DNA from: Cyanophora paradoxa CCMP329
Taxonomy: Eukaryota > Plantae > Glaucophyta
Assembly: GCA_004431415.1 (NCBI GenBank)
Contig: QPMI01000290.1
Coordinates: 1 to 64,000, forward strand
Direction of reading: 5' to 3'
DNA: 64,000 bases
In this document: positions 12,395 through 27,626 of the stretch, piece by piece
Numbering within the stretch: the first letter of the stretch is position 1
How the letters are laid out: each line of letters opens with the position of its first letter
Notes under the pieces: generated by a model
What the model saw: only the letters and a program-made list of their open reading frames with translations
Told to the model about the DNA's origin: nothing
Databases searched by the model: none
Program-made: the position numbers and the translations under genes

Positions 12395-13287
12395 GGCCGG
12401 GACCTGGGCACTGGCCGGGCATGCGCGCAGGAGCTCCTAGAGTTCGCGCCACCCTTCATCATGAGCTTTCGTGTGTGAGAACATACTTGTCAGCTCCAGG
12501 CTGCTGATGCCGTGCCGCTGCCCACATTCTAATTCGGACCACAAACTGCAGGCTGCAGCTTAATCTTGTTTTGCGTCCAGCAGTGAACCAGCTTTGCGGG
12601 CGCTAGCGCTAGCGCTAGCGCGCGCTAGCTGGCCGTTTGACAGGAATTAACCCGATTAACCCGAATTAATATTTGACAGGAGTATTCGGAGCTCTATCTC
12701 CTGGAATTCGGTTCGAAAAAAACTAGATTTCAACTTTTCCCAATTTCGATTGAGTTCTTGAAGTGACGGTACCCGCAAGCGTGATGAAAGGGCTGCCTGG
12801 CAGTTCTACCCCCCTCACCGGAGCAGCGGAGCAGCAGCGAGTTCGCCCGCCGCCGCGACTCCGCCCGGGCCCTGGTGTCAGGGCGTCAATCTCAAGGTTG
12901 GTTTCGCGTCCCCCTGCCGTCCCCGCCCGCCGGTTCCGGTCCTTCTGTTTTTATTAGAATCGAAGCACGCCGGCGCCTAGAAGCTGACCGTCCGGCCGGC
13001 CAGCAAACGTGCTCCGTGAACGTATGCGATTTTTGATGCACGTCGCAGCTCTCGTCAGCCCGCCACGAGTTCTCTGGACCTAGATCCCTCAACCGTACGC
13101 GTGACCCAAAGATACCATGTCGGGTTCGTGCCCTCCGACTTCGTGCCACCGAAAGCTAAATGTTGAAATGACATCTGGATCGCCCGACCATTCGCCCCAA
13201 CCGCGCGCTACGGCCGCCTCTCGATAGATGCCCTTCTTATCTTCTAACCGACTCGTGAAACGACGCTCACGGGGGGCTCCCTCGCAG

Positions 13288-16200
13288 CCGCAACGACGAC
13301 TTATGTGGATACGAAGGTTTCGGCCCTTGCGAGTGAAGTCGACAAGAAGCTTGAGAACCGCCCGAACTTCGCCACCTTCGAGGGTCTGCCACCCCGCCCC
13401 CGCTTCTCCCGCCCGCGTTCGCTCCCTTGCGCGCGCGCTGTTCTAACCACGGGAACGTGCGCCGGGACGCCTCCCTCGACCCCGCAGTCGTCAAGAGTGC
13501 GTACACGTGGATCAAATCGCACGCCCCGCCGCCGTCTCGCCTGATCGTCTCCCGGCCCCCGTCTTGCCGCGTCTTTCCCGCGCCGCACAGATGCTGCCGA
13601 GGACGCCACAGACTCGGTGGCGGGCAAGGCGTCGGAGACGGACCTCGCCCAGAAGATCGGCGCCCTCGAGACGTTCGTCGAGAAGTCCGTCGCCGATCTG
13701 AGCGGCAAGGTCGAGGACGACCTCAAGGTGACAAACACCGGCGGCGGCGAGTTGCCGGTTTCAAGGCTCACGAGACGCGCAGGGAGCCGTCTCTCAAACG
13801 TACCTCGACTCTCAGGTCGCGCAGCTCGACAAGAGTCCGCGCTGCCCGCCGCGACCCCCTCTCGCGCCTGCGCGCACCCCCGACACCGGCTGCCGCAGCG
13901 CTGACGACGAAGATCACCGCGGCGGCGAACGAGACGAAGGCGGCGTGCAAGATCGACCCGACCGGTGCGCCGCCGTTGCCGCCGGCCTCGCCACGGCATG
14001 GGCCCGCGCATGCGCGTCAGCGTCGACGTCGTCGCTGACGGCAGGCGTGCGCAGTGACGAGCCGCATCGACCAGCTCGTCAAGAACTCGGTCACCAGTGC
14101 GCCCGCCCCGGCGCCCGCGCGCGGCGGGCATCTGCAGCGCCGGGGCGGGGCCTGATCATGAGGCCGGGGCAGCGCACCTGGCGGCGCAGCAGACGGAGAT
14201 CGACGGGCTGAAGACGTCGGTGGGGACCAAGGCGGACGACGTGGAGACCAAGGGCGAGCTGGCCAAGGTCCACGGCAAGATCGCCGAGCTCGACGCCTCC
14301 ACCGACTCCCGTATCGTCGGTCCGCCCCTGCCCCGCGCCCCGCCCCCCGGGATCGGGGCGACGAGGGGCGACAGCGATCAAGGAGCTCGCCGAGACGAAG
14401 GCCGCCTCGACCGACCTCACCGCCGCCAACCGCGAGATCGCCGGTCCGCCCGCCCCGCCCCCCTCCCCAGCTCCGGCCCCGCGGCCGCCACACCGGCCCC
14501 GCTCACTCCGCCGCAGACCTCCAGACGGGCCTCAGCACCACCGACGCCAGTGCGCGGGGCGGGACGAGGGGGGCGCGGGGGCGAGCGGGGGCGTGATCAT
14601 GACGCGGGGCGGTCGCAGCGCTGAAGAACCTGATCGAGAAGTCGGAGACGCTGGCGGTGGGGGCGGACGTGGGGGCCGCCCTGGAGGCCGTCAACGAGCG
14701 CATCACCAAGCTCGGGGCGGACACTGACGCTGCCCTCCGCGGTCCGCCCCGCCCCGCCCCGCGCGCCCGCCCCGCCTCACCTGCACGCCGCCGGCAGATG
14801 TGAACGGGGCGGTGAGCACCAAGGCGGAGCAGTCCGCCCTCGACGCCACCAACGAGAGCCTCTCCGGCGCGCCCCCGGCCTCGCCGCCCCCGCCCCGCCT
14901 CGCCTCCCCTGACCGCCCCGCAGACCTCCGGAGCGCCCTCGGCGTCAAGGGCGAGGGTGCGCTCCCCGCGCCCGGATGCAACGCGCGGTCGCGGCGCGGC
15001 GGGGCTGACGTGCCGGCGCAGAGCTCGGGCGCCTGGCCGACGTCGTCGCCACCAAGGCGAACCAGGAGGAGACGGACGGCAAGATCGCCGCCGCGCTCGA
15101 CAAGGCCGTCGAAGTCGAGAAGTGGGCCGGCAACCAGTTCGCGCGTGCGCGCCCCGGTCGGCCGCCCCGGGCGGGCGGGGCCGACGGGGGCGGGCGGGGG
15201 CGCAGAGGCGGCGGAGGTGGTGGCGACCAAGGCGTCGCAGGAGGACCTCAGCGCCCTCGCCGACCGCGTAGGCGACGGCGAGCGCCTCGCCGCCGACCAC
15301 GCCTCCAGTCCGCTCCCCCCCCGCCCTGCCGCCCCGCCGCGTCTCACGGGCGGGGCGGGGCGGCAGAGCTGGGGGCGCTGCGCGGCGACGTGGACGCGAA
15401 GGCGGACGGCGCCCTCACGAAGGACGCGATCGCCGACGTCGGCGCCCGCGTCGACGCCCTCGCCGCGCAGGCCGACCAGGGCTTCGACGGTGCGCCCCGC
15501 TCTGCTCTGCGCCCCGCCGCGCCCCGCTCGCCACTCAAGTGTGCGCGCGCCAGGCATCTCGCGCGCCCTCGAGACCAAGCTCGACAAGGAGGCCGCGGAA
15601 GCCGCCGCCACCAGTGCGCATGCGCCCCGCGACGCCGGCCGCCGGGCCGCCGCCTCCGATGACGGCGCCGCGCGGCGCAGAGGTCGACGAGCGCCTCCTC
15701 GCCGTCGAGTCTGGTGCGCCGCAGCGCTGCGCCGCTCCTCGCCGCCGGGGGCGAGCGGGACGCAGGCCTCGTCGACGCGCACGACAAGGGCAGCGCCAAC
15801 GAGAGCAGCATCCAGCGTGCGCCCGGCCCGGCGCCGGCACCGCGCAGCGCGCGTGGCGGGGCCGGAGTTGAGGCGGGGGGCCCTGGCAGAGCTGAACGAG
15901 GGCCTGGCGGCGGCGGTGGCGGCGCAGGGGGCCCTCGTCTCGAAGGAGGACCTCTCCCAGGCCCTCCTCAGCGCCCTCGACCCCGTCCACAGCGGTCCGC
16001 CACCCCGCCCCCCGACCCCCCGCTCCCGCTGTCCCGCCCTCCCCTGAAGTCGACGTTGGCGCTTGGCGGCAGATGCAAAGGCGGCGGGGGAGCGGATCGG
16101 GCAGCTCGAGGAGCGGGCGGAGAAGGCGGAGACTCGCATCTCTGGGGCCGAGGGGGAGCTGGGCAAGTTGCACAGCGCCGTCCCGTCCCTGGCCACGCAC

Positions 16201-19200
16201 GACGGCGCGCCCCGGCCTGCCGCTCGCCGCCCCCGCAGGGGCCGGGCGTGACGCGGGGGGCGCAGAGGTGGACGAGAAGGTCGCCTCGGCCATCGAGTTC
16301 GCCAAGCAGCAGGTCGCCCCCGTCAGCGCCGGTCCGTGCCCGGGGCGCGGGGGCGCGCGGGCCCGGGGCGCCGGGGGCGACGGCGTCTGAGAGGGGGCGG
16401 GCAGAGCTGAGCACCTTGTCGGAGTCGACGGCCGACAAGCTCGGCTCGCTCGACGGCCGCCTTGAGGGCGTCGAGCGCAGCATCCCCACCCTCGCCACCG
16501 AGGACTGTGCGCCCGTCCCGCCACCCTTGCCCCACGTTGCCCCGTGCCGACCCTCGACCCGCAGCCGTCGCCGACCGTCTCGCGGCCGCGGAGCGCGACG
16601 TCGATGGGAAGATCGCCGACGTCCGCTCCGGTGCGCGGCGGCGCGCGGGGCGCGGCGGCGGCGGGGCGCGGGCCGACGCGGGGCGGGGCGGGCAGAGCTG
16701 GGGCAGGCGAACGAGGTGGCGAACGCGCGTTTCGAGGGCCTGAGCGCCGACATTGCCGGCATCAACGTGAAGCTCCCCGACTTCGCCACCAACGATGGTG
16801 CGTCCCGCCGGCCTTCCACGCCGGCTGGAAACGCGTGCTGACGGCAGCGGCGCGCAGCGCTGGCGGGCGCGGTCTCGGATGCGCAGTCGGCGCTGCGCGA
16901 GAGCATGGCGGGCGTCTCGCGGGCTCTCGAGACCAAGGCCGACCTGAACGAGACTAACGATGCCCTCGCCACCCTCAAGTCCGGTGCGGCCGGCCGCGCC
17001 CCTCCCCGCGCGGCTGGCGGCTGAACGGGCGGGGCAGGGCTCGAGGAGAACGCCGCCGCGGACTCGCAGCAGGAGGAGATGCTGCTGGAGAAGATCGAGA
17101 CTCTGCTGCAGCGCGTGGTGGCCCTCGAGACCGTCGACAAGGAGCACGGCCAGGCGATGGCGGCCGCGCAGCAGGCCAACGAGGCGCAGGAGGCGGCCAT
17201 CGCCTCCAACGCGTCCTTCGCCGAGCAGGTCAACGCCGCCGCCGTCGCGGCGCAGGGCGACGTCGACGCGCTCGCCGCCAAGTACAACGCGAGCACCGTC
17301 GCCACCAACGCCGCCGTGGCCGAGGCGCAGTCGACGGCGGACGCGGCAGCGAAGGCGGTGGCCGACCTCAAGCTCAAGCAGGCCGCCGACGACAACGCGA
17401 CCAACGACCGCATCGCGGCCGCCGAGGACAGGCTCGCCGGCCTCGCCGGCGACGCCCAGTCGGCGGCGGAGCGCGCCCAGGCCGACGTGGACGCGCTGGA
17501 GGCAAAGCAGGCCGCCGACGCGGAGAACCTCGCGGACGCCGTCGCCGCCGCTAAGGGCGTCGCCGACAAGGCCGTCCACGACGCCACCGTCGCCCAGAAC
17601 ACCGCGGACGACGCGGCGACGGCGGCCAAGGCGGCGCACGCGGCGGCGAGCGCGGCGCAGGGCGACGTCGACGCGCTGCAGGAGCCGGTGACGAAGGCGA
17701 CGGCGGCGGCGACGGAGGCGCTGGAGCGCTCGAAGGGCGCCGAGGCGACGGCCGGGGAGGCCAAGGAGGCCGCCGAAGGCGCGCAGCTGGCTGCACGCAC
17801 CGCCGAGGGCGAGGCGACCAAGGCGGCGACGTCGGCCTCCGAGTCCAAGTCGGCCGCCGAGCTGGCGGCTGCCGACGCGTCCGCCGCCAGGGAGTCCGCT
17901 GGTGTCGCCGAGGGCAAGGCGGTCGCCGCGCAGGAGGCCGCTGCAGACGCCAAGGCCGCCGCCCTCTCGTCGGAGAAGGGCGCCGGTGCCGCAAAGGTCG
18001 CGGCCGACCAGGCGGCCGGGAGCGCCGAGACGGCAAGCAAGCACGCCCAGACTGCGGGGGACAAGGCGGCAGCGGCTAGCACTTCGGCCGACACGGCAGG
18101 CATCGAGGCTGATAAGGCGACCACCGAGGCTGGCAAGGCGGCGGCGTCAGCGTCGGATGCGGGCGTCGAGGCTGGCAAGGCGGCCACCGAGGCTGGCAAG
18201 GCGGCGGCGTCGGCAGAGGATGCGGGCTTCGAGGCTGGCAAGGCGGCCACTGAGGCCGGCAAGGCGGCGGCGTCAGCGTCGGATGCGGGCGTGGAGGCTG
18301 GCAAGGCGGCCACCGAGGCTGGCAAGGCGGCGGCGTCGGCGTCGGATGCGGGCGTCGAGGCTGGCAAGGCGGCCACCGAGGCTGGCAAGGCGGCGGCGTC
18401 GGCGGAGGATGCGGGCGTCGAGGCTGGCAAGGCGGCCACTGAGGCCGGCAAGGCGGCGGCGTCAGCGGCGGATGCGGGCGTCGAGGCTGGCAAGGCGGCG
18501 ACCGAGGCTGGCAAGGCGGCGGCGTCGGCGTCGGATGCGGGCGTCGAGGCTGGCAAGGCGGCCACCGAGGCTGGCAAGGCGACCACCGAGGCTGGCAAGG
18601 CGGCGGCGTCGGCGTCGGATGCGGGCATCGAGGCTGGCAAGGCGGCCACCGAGGCTGGCAAGGCGGCGGCGTCGGCAGAGGATGCGGGCGTCGAGGCTGG
18701 CAAGGCGGCCACCGAGGCTGGCAAGGCGGCGGCGTCAGCGTCGGATGCGGGCGTCGAGGCTGGCAAGGCGGCCACCGAGGCTGGCAAGGCGGCGGCGTCG
18801 GCGTCGGATGCGGGCGTGGAGGCTGGCAAGGCGGCCACCGAGGCTGGCAAGGCGGCGGCGTCGGCGTCGGATGCGGGCGTCGAGGCTGGCAAGGCGGCCA
18901 CCGAGGCTGGAAAGGCGACCACCGAGGCTGGCAAGGCGGCGGCGTCGGCGTCGGATGCGGGCGTCGAGGCTGGCAAGGCAGCCACCGAGGCGGGCAAGGC
19001 GGCGGCGTCGGCGTCGGATGCGGGAGTGGAGGCTGGCAAGGCGGCCACCGAGGCGGGCAAGGCGGCCACTGAGGCGGGCAAGGCGGCGGCGTCGGCGTCG
19101 GATGCGGGCGTGGAGGCTGGCAAGGCGGCCACCGAGGCGGGCAAGGCGGCCACCGAGGCGGGCAAGGCGGCGGCGTCGGCGTCGGATGCGGGCGTCGAGG

Positions 19201-22200
19201 CTGGCAAGGCGGCCACCGAGGCTGGCAAGGCGGCGGCGTCGGCGTCGGATGCGGGCGTGGAGGCTGGCAAGGCGGCCACCGAGGCTGGCAAGGCGGCGAC
19301 CGAGGCTGGCAAGGCGGCGGCGTCGGCGGAGGATGCCGGCGTCGAGGCGGGCAAGGCGGCCACCGAGGCTGGCAAGGCGGCGGCGTCGGCGTCGGATGCG
19401 GGCGTCGAGGCTGGCAAGGCGGCCACTGAGGCGGGCAAGGCGGCGGCGTCGGCAGAGGATGCGGGCGTCGAGGCAGGCAAGGCGGCCACCGAGGCGGGCA
19501 AGGCGGCAGCGTCGGCGGAGGATGCGGGCGTCGAGGCTGGCAAGGCGGCCACCGAGGCTGGCAAGGCGGCGGCGTTGGCGTCGGATGCGGGCGTCGAGGC
19601 TGGCAAGGCGGCCACCGAGGCTGGCAAGGCGACCACCGAGGCTGGCAAGGCGGCGGCGTCGGCGTCGGATGCGGGCATCGAGGCTGGCAAGGCGGCCACC
19701 GAGGCTGGCAAGGCGGCGGCGTCGGCAGAGGATGCGGGCGTCGAGGCTGGCAAGGCGGCCACCGAGGCCGACAAGGCGGCGGCGTCAGCGTCGGATGCGG
19801 GCGTCGAGGCTGGCAAGGCGGCCACTGAGGCCGACAAGGCGGCGGCGTCAGCGTCGGATGCGGGCGTCGAGGCTGGCAAGGCGGCGGCGTCGGCGTCGGA
19901 TGCGGGCGTCGAGGCTGGCAAGGCGGCGGCATCGGCGAAGGATGCGGGCGTGGAGGCTGGCAAGGCCGCCACCGAGGCGGGCAAGGCGGCCACTGAGGCG
20001 GGCAAGGCGGCGGCGTCGGCGGAGGATGCGGGCGTCGAGGCTGGCAAGGCGGCCACCGAGGCTGGCAAGGCGGCGGCGTCGGCGTCGGATGCGGGCGTTG
20101 AGGCTGGCAAGGCGGCCACCGAGGCGGGCAAGGCGGCGGCGTCGGCGTCGGATGCGGGCGTGGAGGCTGGCAAGGCGGCGGCGTCGGCGTCGGATGCGGG
20201 CGTGGAGGCTGGCAAGGCGGCCACCGAGGCTGGAAAGGCGACCACCGAGGCTGGCAAGGCAGCGGCGTCGGCGTCGGATGCGGGCGTCGAGGCTGGCAAG
20301 GCAGCCACCGAGGCGGGCAAGGCGGCGGCGTCGGCGTCGGATGCGGGAGTGGAGGCTGGCAAGGCGGCCACCGAGGCGGGCAAGGCGGCCACTGAGGCGG
20401 GCAAGGCGGCGGCGTCGGCGTCGGATGCGGGCGTGGAGGCTGGCAAGGCAGCCACCGAGGCGGGCAAGGCGGCCACCGAGGCTGGCAAGGCGGCGGCGTC
20501 GGCGTCGGATGCGGGCGTCGAGGCTGGAAAGGCGGCCACCGAGGCTGGCAAGGCGGCGGCGTCGGCGGAGGATGCGGGCGTGGAGGCTGGCAAGGCGGCC
20601 ACCGAGGCTGGCAAGGCGACCACGGAGGCTGGCAAGGCGGCAGCGTCGGCGGCGGATGCAGGCATCGAGGCGGGCAAGGCGGCCACCGAGGCTGGCAAGG
20701 CGGCGGCGTCGGCGTCGGATGCGGGCGTCGAGGCGGGCAAGGCGGCCACCGAGGCTGGCAAGGCGGCGGCGTCGGCGGAGGATGCGGACGTGGAGGCTGG
20801 CAAGGCGGCTACTGAGGCAGGCAAGGCGGCCACCGAGGCTGGCAAGGCGGCAGCCTTGGCGGAGAATGCAGGCGTCGAGGCTGGCAAGGCGGCCACCGAG
20901 GCTGGCAAGGCGGCGGCGTCGGCGGAGGATGCGGGCGTCGAGGCTGGCAAGGCGGCCGCTGAGGCTGGCAAGGCGGCGGCGTCGGCGTCGGATGCGGGCG
21001 TGGAGGCTGGCAAGGCGGCCACCGAGGCTGGCAAGGCGGCGGCGTCGGCGTCGGATGCGGGCGTCGAGGCTGGCAAGGCGGCCACCGAGGCTGGCAAGGC
21101 GGCCACCGAGGCTGGCAAGGCGGCGGCGTCGGCGGAGGATGCGGGCGTCGAGGCTGGCAAGGCGGCCGCTGAGGCTGGCAAGGCGGCGGCGTCGGCGTCG
21201 GATGCGGGCGTGGAGGCTGGCAAGGCGGCCACCGAGGCTGGCAAGGCGGCGGCGTCGGCGTCGGATGCGGGCGTCGAGGCTGGCAAGGCGGCCACCGAGG
21301 CTGGCAAGGCGGCCACCGAGGCTGGCAAGGCGGCGGCGTCAGCGTCGGATGCGGGCGTGGAGGCTGGCAAGGCGGCCACTGAGGCTGGCAAGGCGGCGGC
21401 GTTGGCTTCAGATGCGGGCGTGGAGGCTGGCAAGGCGGCCACCGAGGCTGGCAAGGCGGCGGCGTCGGCGTCGGATGCGGGCGTGCAGGCTGGCAAGGCG
21501 GCCACCGAGGCTGGCAAGGCGGCGGCGTCGGCGTCGGATGCGGGCGTGGAGGCTGGCAAGGCGGCCACCGAGGCAGGCAAGGCGGCGACCGAGGCTGGCA
21601 AGGCGGCGGCGTCGGCGTCGGATGCGGGCGTCGAGGCGGGCAAGGCGGCGGCGTCGGCGTCGGATGCGGGCGTCGAGGCTGGCAAGGCGGCCACCGAGGC
21701 TGGCAAGGCAGCGGCGTCGGCGTCGGATGCGGGCGTCGAGGCTGGCAAGGCGGCCACCGAGGCCGGCAAGGCAGCGGCGTCGGCGTCGGATGCGGGCGTC
21801 GAGGCTGGCAAGGCGGCCACCGAGGCTGGCAAGGCGGCGGCGTCGGCGTCGGATGCGGGCGTCGAGGCTGGCAAGGCGGCGGCGTCAGCTTCAGATGCGG
21901 GCGTGGAGGCTGGCAAGGCGGCCACCGAGGCTGGCAAGGCGGCGGCGTCGGCGTCGGATGCGGGCGTCGAGGCTGGCAAGGCCGCAGCTGAGGCAGGCAA
22001 GGCGGCGGCGTCGGCGTCGGATGCGGGCGTGGAGGCTGGCAAGGCGGCCACCGAGGCTGGCAAGGCGGCGGCGTCGGCGTCGGATGCGGGCATCGAGGCT
22101 GGCAAGGCGGCCACCGAGGCTGGCAAGGCGGCGGCGTCGGCGTCGGATGCGGGCATCGAGGCTGGCAAGGCGGCGGCCTCGGCGTCGGATGCGGGCGTCG

Positions 22201-23020
22201 AGGCTGGCAAGGCGGCCACCGAGGCTGGCAAGGCGGCGGCGTCAGCGTCGGATGCGGGCGTCGAGGCTGGCAAGGCGGCCACCGAGGCTGGCAGGGCAGC
22301 GGCGTCGGCAGAGGATGCGGGCGTCGAGGCTGGCAAGGCGGCCACCGAGGCGGGCAAGGCGGCGGCGTCGGCGTCGGATGCGGGCGTCGAGGCGGGCAAG
22401 GCGGCCACTGAGGCTGGCAAGGCGGCGGCGTCGGCGTCGGATGCGGGCGTCGAGGCGGGCAAGGCGGCCACCGAGGCGGGCAAGGCGGCGGCGTCGGCGT
22501 CGGATGCGGGCGTCGAGGCTGGCAAGGCGGCCACCGAGGCAGGCAAGGCGGCGGCGTCGGCTGCGGAGGCGGTGAGCAGCCTGAGCACGCTGACGGCTAA
22601 GGTGGACCAGCTCGCCAATGTGACGGGCACGTGGAACCTCACTACTGTGCTCGCCAATCTCGACAAGGACATCGACGCCCTGGACGTTCGCGTCGCGGCG
22701 CTGGAGCCCGCGGCTACGACGTCGGTGCCGCCGGAGGGGACGGCGGCGCGCGTGGACGAGGGGGTGCTGGAGGTGATGGACGCCCTCGAGGCCGCCCTCG
22801 GCGGCACTGGCGGCGACGAGGCCGACGCCTTCGTGCCGCTGCCCGCGGAGGCGGCGGGGCGCCTGCTGGACCCCACCGAGGCCGCCGACCTCGACGCCGA
22901 CAATGTCATCGCCGAGGTGCCCTGCCCGCCCAGCCCGCGCCTGCGCCCTGCCCCCGCCCGCTCACGCCCCGCCTGCAGCTCGTGGGCGCCGACGAGGAGT
23001 CGGACCTCGCCATGCTCTAA
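13288..23020 (+). CDS. Giant coiled-coil fibre protein (fibre gene B): many short KAD/ATK-type exons, then one exon of about 5.9 kb carrying an Ala-rich heptad array; true 5' end lies upstream and is unresolved
   Basis: Exons include ATTTYVDTKVSALASEVDKKLE, AGKASETDLAQKI, VGTKADDVETKGEL, VATKASQEDL and VSKEDL. The large exon spans about 17038-22917 (ORF 17079 frame). The last exon after a gt..ag intron gives ...DADNVIAE|LVGADEESDLAML*. Confidence 0.8.
18100..22560 (+). repeat. Coding minisatellite of 21-bp units (EAGKAAT / EAGKAAA / SASDAGV), mostly grouped as 63-bp triplets; about 210 heptads
   Basis: The tandem array gaggctggcaaggcggccacc-gaggctggcaaggcggcggcg-tcggcgtcggatgcgggcgtc is directly visible; variation is mainly synonymous and the frame is never broken. 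Confidence 0.97.
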
Positions 23021-23287
23021 GCGTGTAGGGAAGGAAGCTGCGGCTGGAGCCGGAGTTCTCCATGCGAGCTCCCCCAGATGGCGACTTGCGTGGGAGGCTA
23101 TTTTCTCGCGATGCATCAGCTGCTCCCGAGAGATCGGGTCTGTGCACGCGTGCTCATCGAGCTTCAGATGTGCAAAAGCACGCTTAACTTGAGCTGGGCG
23201 CTGCGCCGCAGCCTGCGCGTGCTCGGAAACGCCGTGACGGGACCCTCGGCCCGGCGGGTCGACGTTACTCAGGCAATTCACAATTCA

Positions 23288-25837
<2,550 letters not shown>

Positions 25838-25947
25838 CTTGACGGGCTGGCTTCAAATGACTGCAGCGCAGTCAAAAACAAGACCCTTGAACACCGGACG
25901 CAGTCCGGCTCCGCGCTCTGCTGTACCCTAGGTCGCGCAGGGTACCC

Positions 25948-27162
25948 ATGCTGCGAGTGGCGCTTCGCCCTCTGAGGCGCGCGGAGAGGTCGCTCCGACG
26001 CGCGAGTGGCACCTTGCATTCGCTATATGCACCCCAACTGCCCCCATCATCCGACGCCGCCATCGAAGCCGCGCCGCGCAAGCGCGTTGTTCTTTACGAG
26101 GAGCGCGATCCCGTGCCCTACGTGCAAGCGTGGGAGTGGCAGAAGCAGCTAGTATTAGCTCGCAGCAGCGGACCGCGATCCGCGCCGGTGCGCTCCGCCA
26201 GTGCCGCTGACCGCCGCCTCTCGGTTGAGCCAACAGCTTTTGCTCGCAGAGCCCGCCGCGGCATCCAGACGATGCGCTGATTCTGTTGGAGCACGAACCG
26301 GTTTACACGCTTGGCCAGGCGGCCAAAGCCGACTACTTGAAATTTGATCCTCTGCGTGATCGTCACCTTGTGCGCGCCCTTCGCAGCTGCAGCAGCTACA
26401 GCGTCGGTTTCAGTTTGTCAAACTCATGCAGCAGCGTCGGTTTCGCAGGTTCTGAAGGTGGAGCGCGGCGGGGAGGTGACATTCCATGGTCCAGGGCAGC
26501 TCGTCGGCTACCCAATCCTCGACCTGACGCAGCACCGCAAGGACCTGCAATGGTATTCACGTGCCGTCGAAGAGGTTTTTGAATTCGCGCCTTCTATATC
26601 GTGCCTGGCCTGTGGAAACGATCGAAGCTTGCAGGTTGTCATCCGCACGCTTAGCAGATTCGGGCTCCGAGGTGAGCGAATACATGGCCTCACTGGCGTC
26701 TGGGTCGAAAAGCGCAAGGTGCGATAAACAATATGCTTTGGCACAAGGCTCCAGCAAATGCTAGCCTGCTGATTGTTTTGTCCATTCTGACCCCTTCCGA
26801 ACTTCTCGAGCTCTGTAGCTCGCGGCGGTCGGGATCAAGGTCAGCAACTGGGTGACGATGCACGGCTTCTCCTTGAATGTGGACCCCGACCTTGCTGCCT
26901 TTGAGCGGATTGTGCCCTGTGGCATCTCGGACCTTCCTGTCGGCTCTATGGCGCAGTTCATCCCTGGCGTGCGCACTGACGAGGTTAGTTCCTTAGTTCC
27001 ATGCACGCCCAGTGAGTTATTTTCTCCAGTCTTATCGAGATCGCCTTCTAGGTTCGAGGTGTCGTAGTCGAGAGCTTCACTGAAGTCTTTGATGCTGAGA
27101 TCATTCCTTCCCTGTGCCCAACAGACGATGCCATCCAGCGGATAGCTATAGGCAGACGATAG
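25948..27162 (+). CDS. lipB: Lipoyl(octanoyl) transferase LipB/LIP2, probably mitochondrion-targeted
   Basis: [68 protein letters not shown]; Arg-rich presequence [11 protein letters not shown]. Confidence 0.95.
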
Positions 27163-27626
27163 ACATAGCTATAGCACATACTGTATCGATATCTAACATG
27201 ACACGCGATAGAAGAGTCTAGCTAAAGAACGCTACCGTAATACTGCAGAAGGCCTAGCTATAGCCTACATGTACATCTCGACGCGACATGTCATTTAATT
27301 TCACTAGTTTTTGCCCCGGACTCACCGTGGCACCTGATATAGCATTACTGCTTCATGCTTGCTGGCTACTTCCAAGACGAAGAAGTTAAGAAGAGCTGGC
27401 GCCGTCAAAAGTCAACCATAACCAGCCAACCCAGCTTTGCACTCCGGCAAGAGACACAGTCGATCGAGAGCCCAAGAACCCCGTGCCCCGTTGTGTGCGC
27501 CGGAAGAAAGGATCGACACAAAGTATTATGAAGACGATCTCAGAGGATGGCGTGGCGCCTCAAAAAGACAGAGATCAATCATGTATTCCTATCTTATCGT
27601 ACAGCCTGTGTGGGGCGGGGAGGAGC

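Noticed and set aside
15968-23281. The 2437-aa minus-strand ORF and the Arg-rich and Pro/Cys-rich alternative-frame ORFs over the repeat
   Set aside because: These are shadow frames of a stop-poor GC-rich repeat. Variation is synonymous in the EAGKAAT frame, and the flanking splice sites support the plus strand.
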